Shown: positions 1-13,736 of the stretch, one piece after another
How positions within the stretch are numbered: the stretch's first letter is position 1
Layout of the letters: the number at the start of each line of letters is the position of its first letter
NCBI RefSeq assembly: GCF_037042905.1
Contig: NC_087245.1
Location: 4,032,001 to 4,092,000 of the forward strand
DNA from: Lytechinus pictus
Lineage: Eukaryota
DNA length: 60,000 nucleotides
Direction of reading: 5' to 3'
The notes under the pieces: generated by a model
The model's input: the letters and a program-made list of their open reading frames with translations, nothing else
Databases searched by the model: none
Told to the model about the DNA's origin: nothing
Translations under genes and position numbers: made by a program

Positions 1-487
1 TTTGTGTGCCGTGGTGATGTGGTTCTTTTCAATGAATGGTACCAAAGACAATAATTTTTATTTGTAAAATAATTTGTGAACAGTATTGATCTGTGTTCTG
101 GAGCAAGTTTTATGATTTATTTGAAAGGATTTGTCCTCATCATGAAATATGTGAGTATCCCATTTTAATAGCAGGCTATACTGAGTTTATTCCCCTACTA
201 CTCTTGCCTACCTTTCTTTCACCCTCCACCCAAACTTTCTCTCCCTTTATGATATAAAATTTCAATCCATGAGGACCTTTGAAGGGTTTCTTTTTATTAA
301 TGATGTACCATATCATGGTTAACCATTATCTTCATCTAGCTCTCTACTTACCTTTGTTTGTTCCTTTTGTGTGTGTTAAAAAAAAAAGGTTTAACAAAAA
401 CATGCAAACTAAATTGGTTTATGATCCAAGTTCCAGAACTATGAACTTAAGAATGTAAAAACAATGTCTTCTCATTAAAGCTTAAAT

Positions 488-636
488 CCTGTTGCATAAA
501 ACTTTTTACCTAAGAAAACTCAGGTATTTTTTACCTGAGTTTTTGCCCTGTGTTAAAGTCAATGGCAGAAATCAGACTAACCTTAGTTTTCAGATTTTAC
601 CGGAGTTTTCTCAGGTAAAAAGTTTTATGCAACAGG
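488..636. mobile_element. MITE, PIF/Harbinger-like
   Basis: Terminal inverted repeats of about 39 bp: CCTGTTGCATAAAACTTTTTACCTAAGAAAACTCAGGTA ... TACCGGAGTTTTCTCAGGTAAAAAGTTTTATGCAACAGG. Confidence 0.8.
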
Positions 637-738
637 CTGCAGGTACATGTATGCTTACATAGGCCTAACTATATTTTGTCCTCTGAGGAAGCGTAGTTAA
701 ACATAAAGTGAAGTTGTTTTCCTTTCTTCTTTCTGCAG

Positions 739-936
739 AAAGAGACGACGATGCGGGAGCTGATGCAAGAGCGTGAGGCCCGTAGTTCTCTGGAGAAGCA
801 ACTAGAGGGTGCTGTAGCAGAGAATAAGTCGTGCAATGCTCAGCTGGAAGCATTACAAGAAGAGATCATAAGGCTGAGGAGTGCAAGTAGTGTGAACTCA
901 CTTTGTGATAATGCGGAGAGTTGTAAACGGTTACAG
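739..936 (+). CDS. NCKAP5: NCKAP5-family gene, first visible coding exon (internal exon; coiled coil KETTMRELMQEREARSSLEKQLE...CKRLQ)
   Basis: Polypyrimidine acceptor tttcttctttctgcag|739; donor CAG|gtaata at 937; 198 nt, phase 0/0; heptad-like E/K/L/Q-rich peptide, in frame with the next exon. Confidence 0.8.
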
Positions 937-1036
937 GTAATAATGATTTTAGAAATGATTGGTGTTCCCTTTTCTGTCATCTTATTGCTGATGTAGTTCT
1001 CTGTAGTTAAACGAAAGCTTTTATTAGTATAAAAAT

Positions 1037-1245
1037 TAAGTCCACCCCAAAAGAATTGATTTGGATAAAAAGAGAAAATTCAACTAACATATTGCCAAAA
1101 ATTTGAATAAAAAATGAATATAAAATAAAAAAGTTGTGACATTTCAAAGGTTTTGATTATTTTCACAAAACATTTACCTTCTCTACCTGATGATATGCCA
1201 TGATGTCAAAGTTTCAATATTTATTTTGTATTTTATTGTAAGAAT
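1037..1245 (+). mobile_element. Degenerate fragment of a Kolobok-like non-autonomous DNA transposon
   Basis: aagtccaccccaaaagaattgatttggataaaaagagaaaattcaac...aaagttgtgacatttc has the same left-end layout as the element at 13142; the right end was not found. Confidence 0.5.
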
Positions 1246-1964
1246 TGTAGGGTTTTTGCAGATATGTTTTTAAGGAACCCTTTGATCGAATCACAAAAGG
1301 TTGCCACATATTCAGAGAAGAATTTTAAACTTCTGGTTTCAAATTTTAATGAGGAAAAATGTGCAATTTTACCATGATTGCAAAATCTCGATGAAACAGG
1401 CCCAATAAATATTGTTTGATCATCATTCATTAAGTATGTGATATTTTTTCTTGGTTTGATCCAGGATCAAGTTGGGGGCAGATACTGTCCTATATAACCC
1501 AAACACATATCTAAAGACTCTTGGATTCAGCACTTAAGTTTCAGACCTGCTAAAAGTGCTTAAGCTCTGTCTTAATGAATTCACACATCGTGTTCTTTTG
1601 TTTCCATGACAACAGAATGGGTTATCATCAACTGACACTGGTCTTAGTGATGTGGAGAGAGAAAACTGTAATGTAGTGGTATCCAACAAGCAACTTGAAT
1701 TAAAGGTAAAAATGATTGGACTCGATCTTACTTGTGGGTTATCAGTACTTTACTCCATGGTCTGACGAAGCAAACTTAGGATCATTTGTGAGGATTATCA
1801 ACTCTCTGTCATACAGACAATCTAGATCTCCATGGGTGGACCTATGTGGAGCTTAACAAGTTTATTGTAACAGTAGGCTCTCAAACAATCATTGCATTTA
1901 GAACTTTTGTGAGTTGCCATTTGGCATTGATGACAAGTGTGATGAGACTTGACGCGGGGGGGGG

Positions 1965-2135
1965 GGGGGACGTTTCAAAAAGTAAAGAGTGACTTTAAGA
2001 ACGACTTGGGATCCTTTCTTGTGGTAAATGATAGCCACCATTAAATGTTCATTTGCGATTATTTAGTATGAAAGTTTCACCAGTTGTTCTTTAACACGCT
2101 CTTAACTTTATGAAACACCTTTATGAAACACCCAC
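1965..2135. mobile_element. Degenerate Harbinger-like MITE
   Basis: Imperfect TIRs ggggacgtttcaaaaagtaaagagtgactttaagaacgact / agttgttctttaacacgctcttaactttatgaaacacc, with a short duplication at the right end. Confidence 0.6.
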
Positions 2136-5100
2136 CTGATCTTGAAATGAACCAATGTAGACCCTGAGAGGTTACCAGTTTTACCAATTCACCTGTTCCA
2201 GACAGAAGTTAATGTTTGCAGAAGGGTCATGTCTTTTCACAAACTTCATTTTAACAGTTTAGAGAACACATGGGTGTGGATAAATAAGATGTAAATGCCC
2301 CCTCCCCCGATTTTTGTGCTTTTACTATCTAAACCAATCTCATCTGCCTCTTAAAATCTGAAGCCATTTGTTCTTGCTGATCATAGAAGCCTGCCTGAGA
2401 TTTTGAAATCTCACCCCTTACTGACCATCAGTCTCAAAACAAGAAATGAAGTACCACATTGAAGCTCTAACATAGGAAATATTTGACATTTATCATACAC
2501 CCAACTATTGATCTGATGTGATGCTTGTGTCACAGCAAAGTCAACTTAAGAAGACCGGTCCGACCAGAGTTTCCTCTTGGTCATGAAATTAAACCTGACA
2601 TGATTTAATATGAAAGGCATTACATCATGGTTTTCAATGGTGTTGCTAGACCAATCTAAATCCAAGTGTCAGACATTTTTTTATTTGGCAGGCCGAATAT
2701 TCTTGTGCATTGTTTTTTTTTAAAGTTAAGAGATGCACTGAGAAAACAAAATTGTATAATGAACACGGTGATCTTTCTTCTTGCACTTTCTTGTACTACA
2801 TTCATTATATTTTATAATAGTTTGGGCACATTGCCTGAATATTGTTAGCTGATTCTACAGTAAAGCATTAATGTTTAGATCAAGCTTACTACTCTTTGAA
2901 AATTTCTCCATAATATCTCTTGAAATTATAGTCAGAATAGTTATTAGAATGATACTGTCAAATGATGATCTCATCAGATCTAACCCAAGTAACTAAGGCG
3001 TGAACATCCCATTCTCACATAAGGGAAACACTCCCAGTACAGACCCTCATAAAGTCACCCACTCTTCAATATCTGTACTTCTGTCTCTCTTATTCAGGTT
3101 GACAAATGGGACAGTTGAGGGCAATTATGGAAATTGAATTACTTTTCTAATATGGATAGAGAAGGCTTTGAAAGTTGGGCTCCCAAAAATGCCAAGTGGT
3201 TTCACTTTTGTCAAAAACATGGATGTCTGAATTTTATCTTTGTCAAGTGAAAATGCCACTTTACAACTCTCTAACATTTTCTTGTGTGACACTTGTGAAT
3301 GGAAGTGATTACTTGTGTTGGATGTGACATATGAATAACTGAGGAAGATTTTGTTATTCTGATGTATATTAAATGATGATAAAGAGAGCTAGGGAGAGGG
3401 GATTTGGATAAAGAGTAGTTATATTGAAAAGAAGGCTGTAGAGAGCAATTCTTGGGGTGGTAACTAAAACGAAAACCCTATTAAGACACTTATCACCAGA
3501 GTATAAAACAATGCAGCTTATATTTTATATTCATATTTAATGAAAAATCAGTTCCCTTTTCCTATAATTTCCTTCAATCATTTCTCCCTGTATTCCTGAT
3601 ACATGACAGTTTGACATACATTATATGTCAAACTGAGGGAAGTGGTTCGGTTCAGGTCGATAACTAATCTGAACTAATCTGGAGGATAAGACTTGAAGAT
3701 AATTCACTCCTGGATATTGGCGGTCAGCGCTTGTCATAGCCTAGACTCTGAAGACTCAGAGGAAATTATATGGATTTATGAACGGATGAGTAAGAGCTAC
3801 AATTTATGAAAATTAATTGGTTGATTGATAGGTTTAGTACTATTGATGACTCAATAAACTTGGCATTAATTTCCATGGTAACGAAGTGGAATTTGTTTTC
3901 CAGTTGGAAAGGAAACACCTATGGGCATCTTAATATAAAAAAGCTCATCATGAATAAAGAAGCAAACTTAATCAAATCCAATTGAAAAAAAATCCCCAAA
4001 ACTTTCAAAGCTGAATTATGTTGCTCGCCATTGGTGTAAACTTTATTTTTAAAGCTGTACATAGAAGTTCTCAGAATTTAGAAGGCAGAGCAGAATACCT
4101 CTTAAGTAAATTTGATTACATTTTGAAAAAGGGGTCAATCTTTTCAGTACAGTACAGTGTGATCATGTTACTCATGTTTTCCACAAAACATTCCTAACAA
4201 CATTTAGAAATCTGGCTATACTCCCTTTTCCCATGATAGCCTGATCCAATGTATCAGTTTCCTAATCTCTACAGGTTTGTGTGTGACTCAAATGAAGGGT
4301 GTTCTATCCTAAATTATTAAATGCAATTTCATAATGGCATTTGTCAAGGAGTAGCAGTTTGAAGGGGAGAATGGGAGACGGTTAGGCGAGGAGAAGAAGG
4401 AAGACGAATGAGAAGTGAATGAGATGAGATGGATGATAAATATGGAGAGACAGAAAAGAGTCTCTGTATTGATAGAGAGAAAGGGAGAGAGAAGGAGATG
4501 GGGAAGACATTGTAAGAGAGAGAGAGAGAGAGAAAGGGGGGAGCAGGATGAGGTAGAGCTATAGACGAAAAGGATTTTACCGTAGAATTGGGTTAATTGA
4601 TGTTGTCAAGATTCTAGAGTAGAATTTAAGAGGCATTAGTATAATCTTGATAATAATTGTGGCATAACGAATGATTTAATGAAGAGGGAGGAGAAGGAGG
4701 AGGATTTCATCTTAACCTAACCCAGATACTTGGACAAAAACAATGTTCTTTGAAGAATCCGATACTCATTTGAATGTATTGGTTGCACAATGAAGAGAGA
4801 TCTTATTTGATTAATGTTAATCCTTTCTGATTATATTTCACCCTTTGTTTCTTTCTATTATCATGCCCAGGCTAATATAATGTTTATTTATTTGCAATTA
4901 GGTTTGAATGGAAATGGGAATTATTTAGAAAGGATAGCCTGGGGGTTTAATTACATCAATTGTGCAACATAAAAGCATGGATATATGTTACGATCGCCTC
5001 ATTCATGGATGAATGTGGAAAACATAAATAGTAGAGAGATAGTCAATAAATGGACTAGACACTAGATAGACTAGAATCCCCACACTGTGCCTCTATCTCA

Positions 5101-5673
5101 GTTTATTGTATTTAAATGACCTTTTTTTAATTTTTACATTCCAGGATATTAATTGAATTATTTTTCAAATGAATAAAATTGAATTTAAAACTGTCTTAAG
5201 ATGTATTACATTTAGAATTAGTACAATATCCTGGGATTTATTTATTAATTCTAATCCTGTTAATTAGAAGTTTAAGAGTGGAAATCTCTTTCTCTAAACT
5301 TTAACACAAATCCCTACATTATTATAATATGAATGAATTTGTTTCATAGATTTTGGCATAAAGTAAATGAAAAATAAATCACTGATCATTCTATTTCATC
5401 AATTAATATTGTTGAATGATAATTGAGATAGCAAGTATTAGTTTATACATGTATTTGTTCCTGTCAGAATTTGAATAATCTTAATATATTCAAACAATTT
5501 GAATTATTGTTTCCTATGTAAAGTATAATGTTATTCCTTTAGAGCATTTGAGAGAGAAAGGTTTGTAAAGGAGTGTTACAGCACTTCGTTTGTTCTAAAT
5601 ATGATCAATAAATCTGATCAATACCATCATCTCACTCCCTGAGGTGTATTATCTAGTGTGAAAAGGCTATTGT

Positions 5674-6020
5674 GGAGGTGTCATACTGTAGTGGTTTGTT
5701 CATTTGACTCTTAATTTAATAGTTGGGGGTTCAGATCCCACCAGATGCTAAGTTCCTTTTCCAAGGCACTTATCTATGTTTATCACTCTCCACCCAGGTG
5801 TGTGAGAGGTAACCAGTAGGATGCTTACATCAATGTAATTAAATTGGCATGTGTGTACCTAAGGGATAGAGCTTGACCAGCAAGCTCCCTTGGGAGGGGA
5901 GACGGTCATTTTATATTTTGACATTGATTTAACACATTGACCAGGGTATAGTATAGTATGTAAATTATGAACAATGCTGAGATAATAAGTGTTCTCTTTA
6001 AAACAGAATATTATTGTTAG
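5674..6020 (+). mobile_element. Old, degenerate tRNA-derived SINE
   Basis: Decayed A/B boxes (gggttcagatccc), ccaaggcacttatcta, and ctctccacccaggtgt shared with the SINEs at 20671 and 58524; tatt-rich tail. Confidence 0.6.
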
Positions 6021-7702
6021 AATCATGTTTGCATCATTATATTAATAACACTAAGTTGAATATATCAAGTGGAAAAGGAAGGATAGTATGATAAGAAAGC
6101 AAACCAATGAGAAGGGTAGATTAGGAAAGGAATGGAGAAAACCTCAATTTCTATGATTGTAAAGCATTACCTTTATGTATTTGTCACACATGTATGCAAC
6201 TGAAATAGGGTCCACATGATTCATTTAAAAGATCATATCTAAATTGCCTATGGCTTTGAAGTGTAGAAATGTTTAAATTCACCACAACTGACGTAAGGAC
6301 AGATTCAGGGGGCATGTGATTTTTTTCATGTATGTTCCTAACATTAATTTAGAAATGAGTCAGGTGCCGGAATTAAGGCTACTGAGTAGGAGGAAGTCTC
6401 TATTCCATTGCTGAATGGACATAATGAAAACTGGTTCAATTCCAGGTTAAACCGATACATCTTACAATTTCAAAGTTACTGGTTTTGATTATATCATGAA
6501 AAGGGCACATTCTGTCCCCTTTTATTATTTTTTTAACCTTGTTTCAGAATATATAAAAGGAAGGATAGGAGGAGCTTCCCTCACCAAAATATGGACCTCG
6601 TTTATGGCCCCACCTGAGATAAATCACTTGTCAAGTTTAATCACAATTTTTTAGGGAAAACCCTTGATTTTTTTGAAGAATATTGTCAAGTCATAGGGTC
6701 AATATGGTGGCACCTTTTAATCTAAGCTCAATATTAAAAAAATTGCCTTGAGAAAGGATAATTTTGTATTGGGATTCGAGACGATACACTGATAAAAACG
6801 CTCTTTTCTTTGTTCGATATTCAAACCTGATTGTAATAAAGACGATTCAACAAAGATTACTAAACAGTATACCGTTGCACTCTTTATTTTTGAAAAATAA
6901 TTCCTTCATAATATTTCCCCCCAGTTTAGACATATAGGGGTAAGATGAATTCAAACACCTGCTGAATGTTCTGTCATGATAGATTGTCATAATGATTATT
7001 TAAAGATTTACCATCAATACTCCACTCCTAGCAATTGTGTTACAAGTACGTCACAGGACATGAATACACCACTCTCCTGGCAGCTGCGTCCCTATATAAA
7101 GGAAGGAAACATATTTAAAGGAAGATAGATTCTCAGGCCAGATTTGATGTTATGTTAACATAAACATAAAGGAAGATTTTGGTTAAAAGTAGAACTGACT
7201 AATTGTTTGCAGCTAGTCATCACTTGTAGAAAAGTGCTCATGACATTGAAAGATGTCGTTAAAACGTCAGTTAAGTCAGGATTGGTTTGATGATATATTT
7301 GTCCACCCATCCATCTTGACTTGAACTTGGTGGTTAGGATGATGGTTTGAGATGGTTTTAACTAACCAGGAAGGAAGCTAGAGCTTTGATAGCAATAGCA
7401 TTCATCAGGGGCACACTGAGAGCCTGAAGCAGTCGATAATCTACCCTGATAAACCCCCTTCTGAAACGCATTGCAGGAGTCAGCAGACTCGCTTTGACGT
7501 TAATAGGAGCTGTAACCGCCACAAAGGAAGAACCCCTCACTTCTGCTTCAATTTATTTTGGTAGTTTGAGAAGAGAGTGATTGTAGGGTAAGATATAAAA
7601 GAAGCCCAGGGCAGCACTGAACCTTTCTTCAGATAGAGATCAGATCTTGAAGTTTGGATGTATATAGTGTATAGATTCCTAGCTCTTTGTGGAGTTGTAT
7701 GA

Positions 7703-7852
7703 ATGGATCTCACCATGATAAGAAGGGAGACACTTTTTGTTGTACCAGGCTGCTGTGTCCAGGTTTCAGCTGTTACAGAGGATAGGAATGAGAGTAGCCA
7801 TACCAATGGAGATAGATATAAAGGATATAACATGAAGAATATTAATGATATG
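7703..7852 (+). CDS. Candidate alternative first coding exon A (MDLTMIRRETLFVVPGCCVQ...NINDM), splicing to exon 2
   Basis: ATG-initiated frame ending ATG|gtaaat in phase 0; a second in-frame donor CAG|gtaatg at 7970; TATATAAA at 7093-7100. Confidence 0.35.
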
Positions 7853-8505
7853 GTAAATCATTTTCTGCATTTTATAAATATGCTGTTGCTGATATTTGAT
7901 TTGGCAGAACTTTTTGCGCATATGTACACTGTGTGCACCCATATAGATCTTGTGCAATCGTCACTGCAGGTAATGGAGAATGATGGACCGAAAAATCGAG
8001 TGGCAAAATTTGCGCGTACTCAAACTAATTCATTACCCCATGGGCTGAAAAAGATCAGCAAAACAAAAAAGGTCCATCACTGCAAGTGATGATTGATGGG
8101 GAAACTACCCTTTATCACATGACCGACTTCTGACCAATCCTATAGCAAGAATCTTAGTATGTGGAATATAAAATGAGATTGGGCAAAGATGGATAAAGAA
8201 AGTGAGATGGATCTCAAGAAGAGAGGGGTTAAAAAAGGGATATCAAGAAGATAAGGAGATCTTGGATGTGAGAAAATGGAACAAATGGAAAGAAAGACAG
8301 CCAGAATGGAAAAATTGAGAGATATAGATAAATATTGAGGGAGAGATGGAAAAAAGGGAAATGAAAGAATTTGGAGTTGGGAGATTTAACAAAAATTATG
8401 CTTTCCTTCTTTTCACAATGCATTTTTTGATATTTCCATCTAATGTAGCATTTTCTGTAATGCAGTCATTTTAATATAAATTGTTGTTTTTTATCTCTTT
8501 TTCAG

Positions 8506-8640
8506 GTTGTGAGCAAGGAGGAGGTAGTGAAGGAGAAGTCAGCTCTTCTAGAGAGATTACGACAGTTGGAATCAGAGAACTCTGCTCTTGTTCTGGAGAA
8601 TGAAAACCAGAGAGATACCTACGATCAGTGCCTTGATGAG
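8506..8640 (+). CDS. NCKAP5: NCKAP5-family exon 2 (VVSKEEVVKEKSALLERLRQLESENSALVLENENQRDTYDQCLDE)
   Basis: Acceptor ttttcag|GTT; donor GAG|gtatgt; 135 nt, phase 0/0. The peptide matches the recalled vertebrate NCKAP5/NCKAP5L motif LLERLRxLEAENSALAxxNENQRExYERCLDE. Confidence 0.93.
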
Positions 8641-11600
8641 GTATGTTACAACCAACTAATCTTTGTACCTATAACTCAATTGAAATCATGCATAGCTTTA
8701 TGGTGTAATGAGGTTGAGGATTTTGTTGTATCCTTTTCAGGAAAAACTATATCGATTGGTATAATTGTGCATGAGGAGCCCTTAAATACTCACTCTGAAC
8801 TCTCTCTTTCTCAAATTTTTATCTGTTAGAAGGTGATTTGGACTTGTTATTGGACCACTGATTTTAATCCATTCATTGATTACGGAATGTTGTAATTCTT
8901 ACAGGAATGAGCTTGTCAGTGTTATTGTATTTTAGGTCTTTGGCAATATATGAATAGCCTGTGGCTGTTTTACATTTCAACATTCAAAGTTATGTGATTT
9001 TCACCCTATGGATTGCCTCTTGAGGAGAATTGGTCTGCAGGAGAATGTCAGGTTGAACTTTACTTGCTTTCAATTGATGAGGCAAGGTTACGGTCAAAAT
9101 AACTTGAGAAAAGATGAAATTGGGAATGACTGAGATATAAGACTTGACAAATTCTTTCAGGTCATGCACTTGACAGCATTGAAATAAGGCATCTTCACTT
9201 ATTGCTAGAAGTAGTGACAAATCATTTGGAAGCATAGATCGATTGGAGAGTTCTGTTTATTGGAATATAGTCAGGAGCCATGCAGGGAAATATAGCCCTC
9301 TAATTCTCTACTAAATAAACTATACTTGCGTATTAATTCCACCTCAGGCATATCCAGATTATCTTGGCCTTATTCAGGGGGGTGTTTTACTAAGTATTAA
9401 GCATTAATAAAAGTCGCACATTGAGACCAGAAAATTGAAGGTGAGCTTTATTGGGAGGAAAATCCGAATGAGGGTAGTTTTCTAGTTGTTACATTTCAAA
9501 AAAAGACAAAAGCAAAAACACAGATCAACAGTTTGATGGCAATGAATTGATAAAAGATGGGTTTGACAGTCTTCCATATCCTGCTAGTAGATGGATTGAT
9601 AAAGTTGTCTTAATGATATTTTTTTTAATTCACCCAAATGGAGTTATGAGAACCTCATAGCGATCAAAGCCAGATATATTGGAAAATTACCAGCTTTCTT
9701 TTTTGAAAGCTCACATAGGTAAGAAGATAGTGTGAAGAGATGATGGAAAGAAAAGGGAACGAATAGGGCTTCAAATAGAAATAATCACAATGAATGGAAA
9801 CCTGATATGTGGATTAGTAGATTCAAGAAGCCCTTCTAAATCTGTATAAGGCTGAGATGATTTGGGTATCTTATCCAAGCTTCTGGCTCTAATCTCTTCT
9901 TAAAATGTCAGATATGTTTAGTTCTGCTCAGAAGACCCAGTAATCAGATCTCATCCAGTTAAGACCTATAAGTCTGTAGGTTTAAGATTGAACTCACAGA
10001 AAATTTTCTTCTTATGCTCACTTTGGAAACTGTCTGATATTTGACAATAGGTGGAGCTATTCCATATCACCTCTTGAAGGAGTTAGATTATTCTTTCCAA
10101 TATTGTTGTGTATGACGTAGTTAATATTTGTCCATAGAAGTCTGGATATAACAAGTCTGATTTGAAATATTTCTATGAATTTCTATTTCTATGGTGATAT
10201 TGCACCTCTTCATTGATTTTGGCTTGAAATATTATTCCTAAAAGGAGATTTTTTCCTAGCCTCTGTTCTTTCCAAATAACTATTGCATTAAACCCAATGG
10301 TAGATAGTTTACAGGGGCTACTTTACAATTTATTGGGGCTATTGTTGACATTTTTAAGGTCAATTTGTCCTAAACCTCCATGCATTTTTGGTATGTGAAT
10401 AGTATTGGCTCTGCATAGAAAGATTGATTGAGAAGGGCAGTTGTAGAAATGGATTGTTCACAAAACAAATACCATGATTTACCATCTATTCACAACGAAG
10501 AGACAACATTTATGTGAGTAGACAAGGGTATTTCCTGATAGGAAAATTCTGGACATATTGAAATTGTTTCCTTCTACATTAATTCTTTATTTTTTGTATC
10601 TGCACTTGGTTCATGATTTCATGGTGTCACCTTGAATGGCAATTAAGAGTCCAGACACATCACTATGACCGAATGAGAGCAAGAAGGGCAGTAGACCATA
10701 TCCTTCTTTATGCCCCTAACATCCTTCTAGCACTGAGCAGGTGATATAATTATCTGATTAGGTTTAATATGAGGCTGGACCACAAGACTTGTTAGTATGT
10801 CAAAAGGCAGACAATGGAAACTCAATCACTCTGCTACTGAGATGGTGATTCAGTGTTTAGTGAGGTCATATTTCATAATTGGAGAGTATTGTTATCCACT
10901 GACATTGACATCATATAACAGCTTTGGTATAATTAACAGGATTGAACTCCAGAGTTGATGGCTGAAGGGGAGGTAATTGGAGGAATGGATGGATCTAGTG
11001 CAGTGCTTTTATCATGCTTTTGATAACATAACTTTTTACTCAATAAAGGTATTCTGACCTACTGTCATGAGGGAAAAATTACATTAAAAAAACTTACTGA
11101 TGCGACTATCTTCTGTATACTTCATATCAAAACATAAAAATCGGGTGAACATTTTTCCTTTGCAATCCCTATTTTATTGCTATTTTCTCTCTTGAAATAG
11201 ATGTAAGGTTATATTTATTATCCTGAATGAAGGTAAAAATGTGATTTGATATACAGTATAGGAAATATTTCATTATATATACAAAAATGATACTGAAAGC
11301 ATTCCATTGTTAGGTTACTACCAGCAAATAAATCATTTACAATTGAATGTTTAAGAAAATGCAGTTGAATATAACAAGGTTCAGATTTGTTTTATTGTTT
11401 AAAATGATGGCTGGCTTGGGGTCCTCTCTTAGGGACCTGATAATTGGGATTGATGCTTCACTTGGTTTCAAACCTTGGTCACTGAACTTGAAGCCTCCAA
11501 CTGAGCTGATAAAGATTTGTTAAGAAAGAACCAAATGGACATTCGTGCTCATGTATTCAGATAATGGCTATCTGACCCGGTGTGTGTTGATCTGATGATA

Positions 11601-12270
11601 GATATCTTGGTCCAGGATATATAACTGGAAAAGATCCAATATTAGAACTCTGGTCCAAAGAGAAGACAGACTTCCATTTCAAGGAAGGATGAGTCAAACC
11701 TAAACATCCAACCCTCTGGTCAAAATATTTATCCACTGTACATCTGATAAAACATCACCATTTAGAGCTCAAAATAACTCTAAGCCTATTTTAAGAAAGT
11801 TTTTAAATTCATTGCATAGGCCTATGTAGATTTTCCAGATCAGCTTCTGAGACATTTTGTTTTGCTGTTGTAAACAATGTCAAGTTCATTTTACCATTCA
11901 AGGTAAATTATGAACTGTTGATATTAAACCAAAATATTGCACTGATAATTGAATGAGAGGTATACCAAATCTTTTTATAACATTTAATCAATTATAATTT
12001 TTATACTTGAAAGATTTAGATGAAATTGATATTATTAAATATCTTTAAAAGCTATAAATTGTTGAAGGCCTCTGTATACCCTGTCTGAGAACACCCTGCA
12101 GGCAAGGTAGCTGCTTGTTCTGGCAAAGTCGACCAGCACCATGCCTATCTTGAGAATTTTTAATGGGTATGGGTGTACAAAATTGCAACATGAATTTTCT
12201 ATTAACAACCACCTAGTCTGTAAAGGTCAGGCAATCCTGAATAAAGTTACCAGCTGCCTTTTTAGTTTAA

Positions 12271-13137
12271 AGACCCTGACCGGTGTAAAAACAATCATAT
12301 ATCAAAATAAAGGTAATGATTCATACAATACAAATATACCAAAAATATTACATATATCTCCTTCCAATAGTTAAAAATATTAAATGAAAATCAAAGAAAC
12401 TGCTCCTCCAAAGTACGCTTCGATTGAGCACCCCCACGTCGCCTGGAAATGATGACGTCACGTTGTGTCAGGAGGGTTGTGATTCCATAGGTTTGTGTAC
12501 AAAAGCATTGGGTATTTTCTTCCATTTCCATGTTATGAATCCATTATTTTTTTTCGTTTTCAGATGAAAATGGTACTCAAAATTATTCACTGTTCAATTT
12601 TTTGTAAACCTGCAACTATTCACTACCTTTTTTGTGATTTCTTTGTTTGGTTCTTATTGGGCCTAAATTGCTTTGTCAGGAAAAGTTGTTATACATAATC
12701 TAAATGCAGATAGAATTGAAATCTGCGCCAAATAAGCAGGAAATAAAATATGGCAAAAACTAGTTCAAAACTGTAGATTTCAGAAATTCAAGCTTGTGGG
12801 TAAAAATATATGTGATATCCCTCTGTGGTAGAAGTGAAGAGAATGAAATGCGTTATCTGGAAAGCAAAAAAATCACCCAGTTTTTCTGTGTACAAACCTA
12901 TGGAATCACGACGCTTCTTACACAATGTGACGTCACGGTCTCGAGGCAGGTGAAAAGCACAATAGAGCCTATTTTCTAAGCGGGGTTCGAAGCCCGATAA
13001 TTGGAATATTCTTAAGCAAAATACTCAGCTGGGAAGCGGTGAAAATGCATAAAGCATACCTTGCTGTATTTAGTAGCTTATAAGCTTTCGATTGGTATAT
13101 AATTTATCAATTTCATTTTCGGGTCCGGTCTGGATCT
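12271..13137. mobile_element. Kolobok-like non-autonomous DNA transposon
   Basis: Flanked by TTAA (12267-70 and 13138-41); TIRs AGACCCTGACCGG / CCGGTCTGGATCT; internal inverted repeat of about 65 bp (about 12451-12520 vs 12869-12937). Confidence 0.7.
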
Positions 13138-13141
13138 TTAA

Positions 13142-13736
13142 AGGGGAATCCAACCCAAATGAAAACTTGTTTTTATAAGGAAAAGAAAATTCAGACAAGT
13201 TGATAGGTGAAAGTTTGAACAATATTGGACAAACAACAAGAAAGTTATGAATTTTTAAAAGTTGCAAATATTGGTAATCACTATACCCATGGAGACTTCA
13301 AATTGGCCGCATATGGGATGTCATAGTGATGTAAGGCAAGGACTACTCTTCCATGTACTCCAATACATATTATGGCTAAAATGTCATTATTCCCAAATAT
13401 TTTATTGCAAATTATATTTTTCTTTCATGAGGACATATAACAATATACTACCTGGATTATATTTAGATTACTGCCCCAGGGGAATGGGTACTAAGGAGAA
13501 AACCACAAATCCCTGATAATAAAGTACATGGCCTATGGGAAAGTTGTCCTTGCCCCTTGTCATAATTTACTTACCCAGTTGCCAATTTGAAATTTACATA
13601 GTATTAGTGATCTCAATTTTAAAGCAGCTATAACTTTCTTATTGCTTGTCCGATTTCTTTCAAACTTTCACCATTCTGTTTAATTTATTTTTCTCCTTCC
13701 CAACACAACATTTAATGGCCAAGGCTGGATTTCCCT
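13142..13736. mobile_element. Kolobok-like non-autonomous DNA transposon
   Basis: TTAA|AGGGGAATCC ... GGATTTCCCT|TTAA; long imperfect subterminal inverted repeats (ggtgaaagtttgaa...aagaaagttat / ataactttctt...ttcaaactttcacc). Confidence 0.85.
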
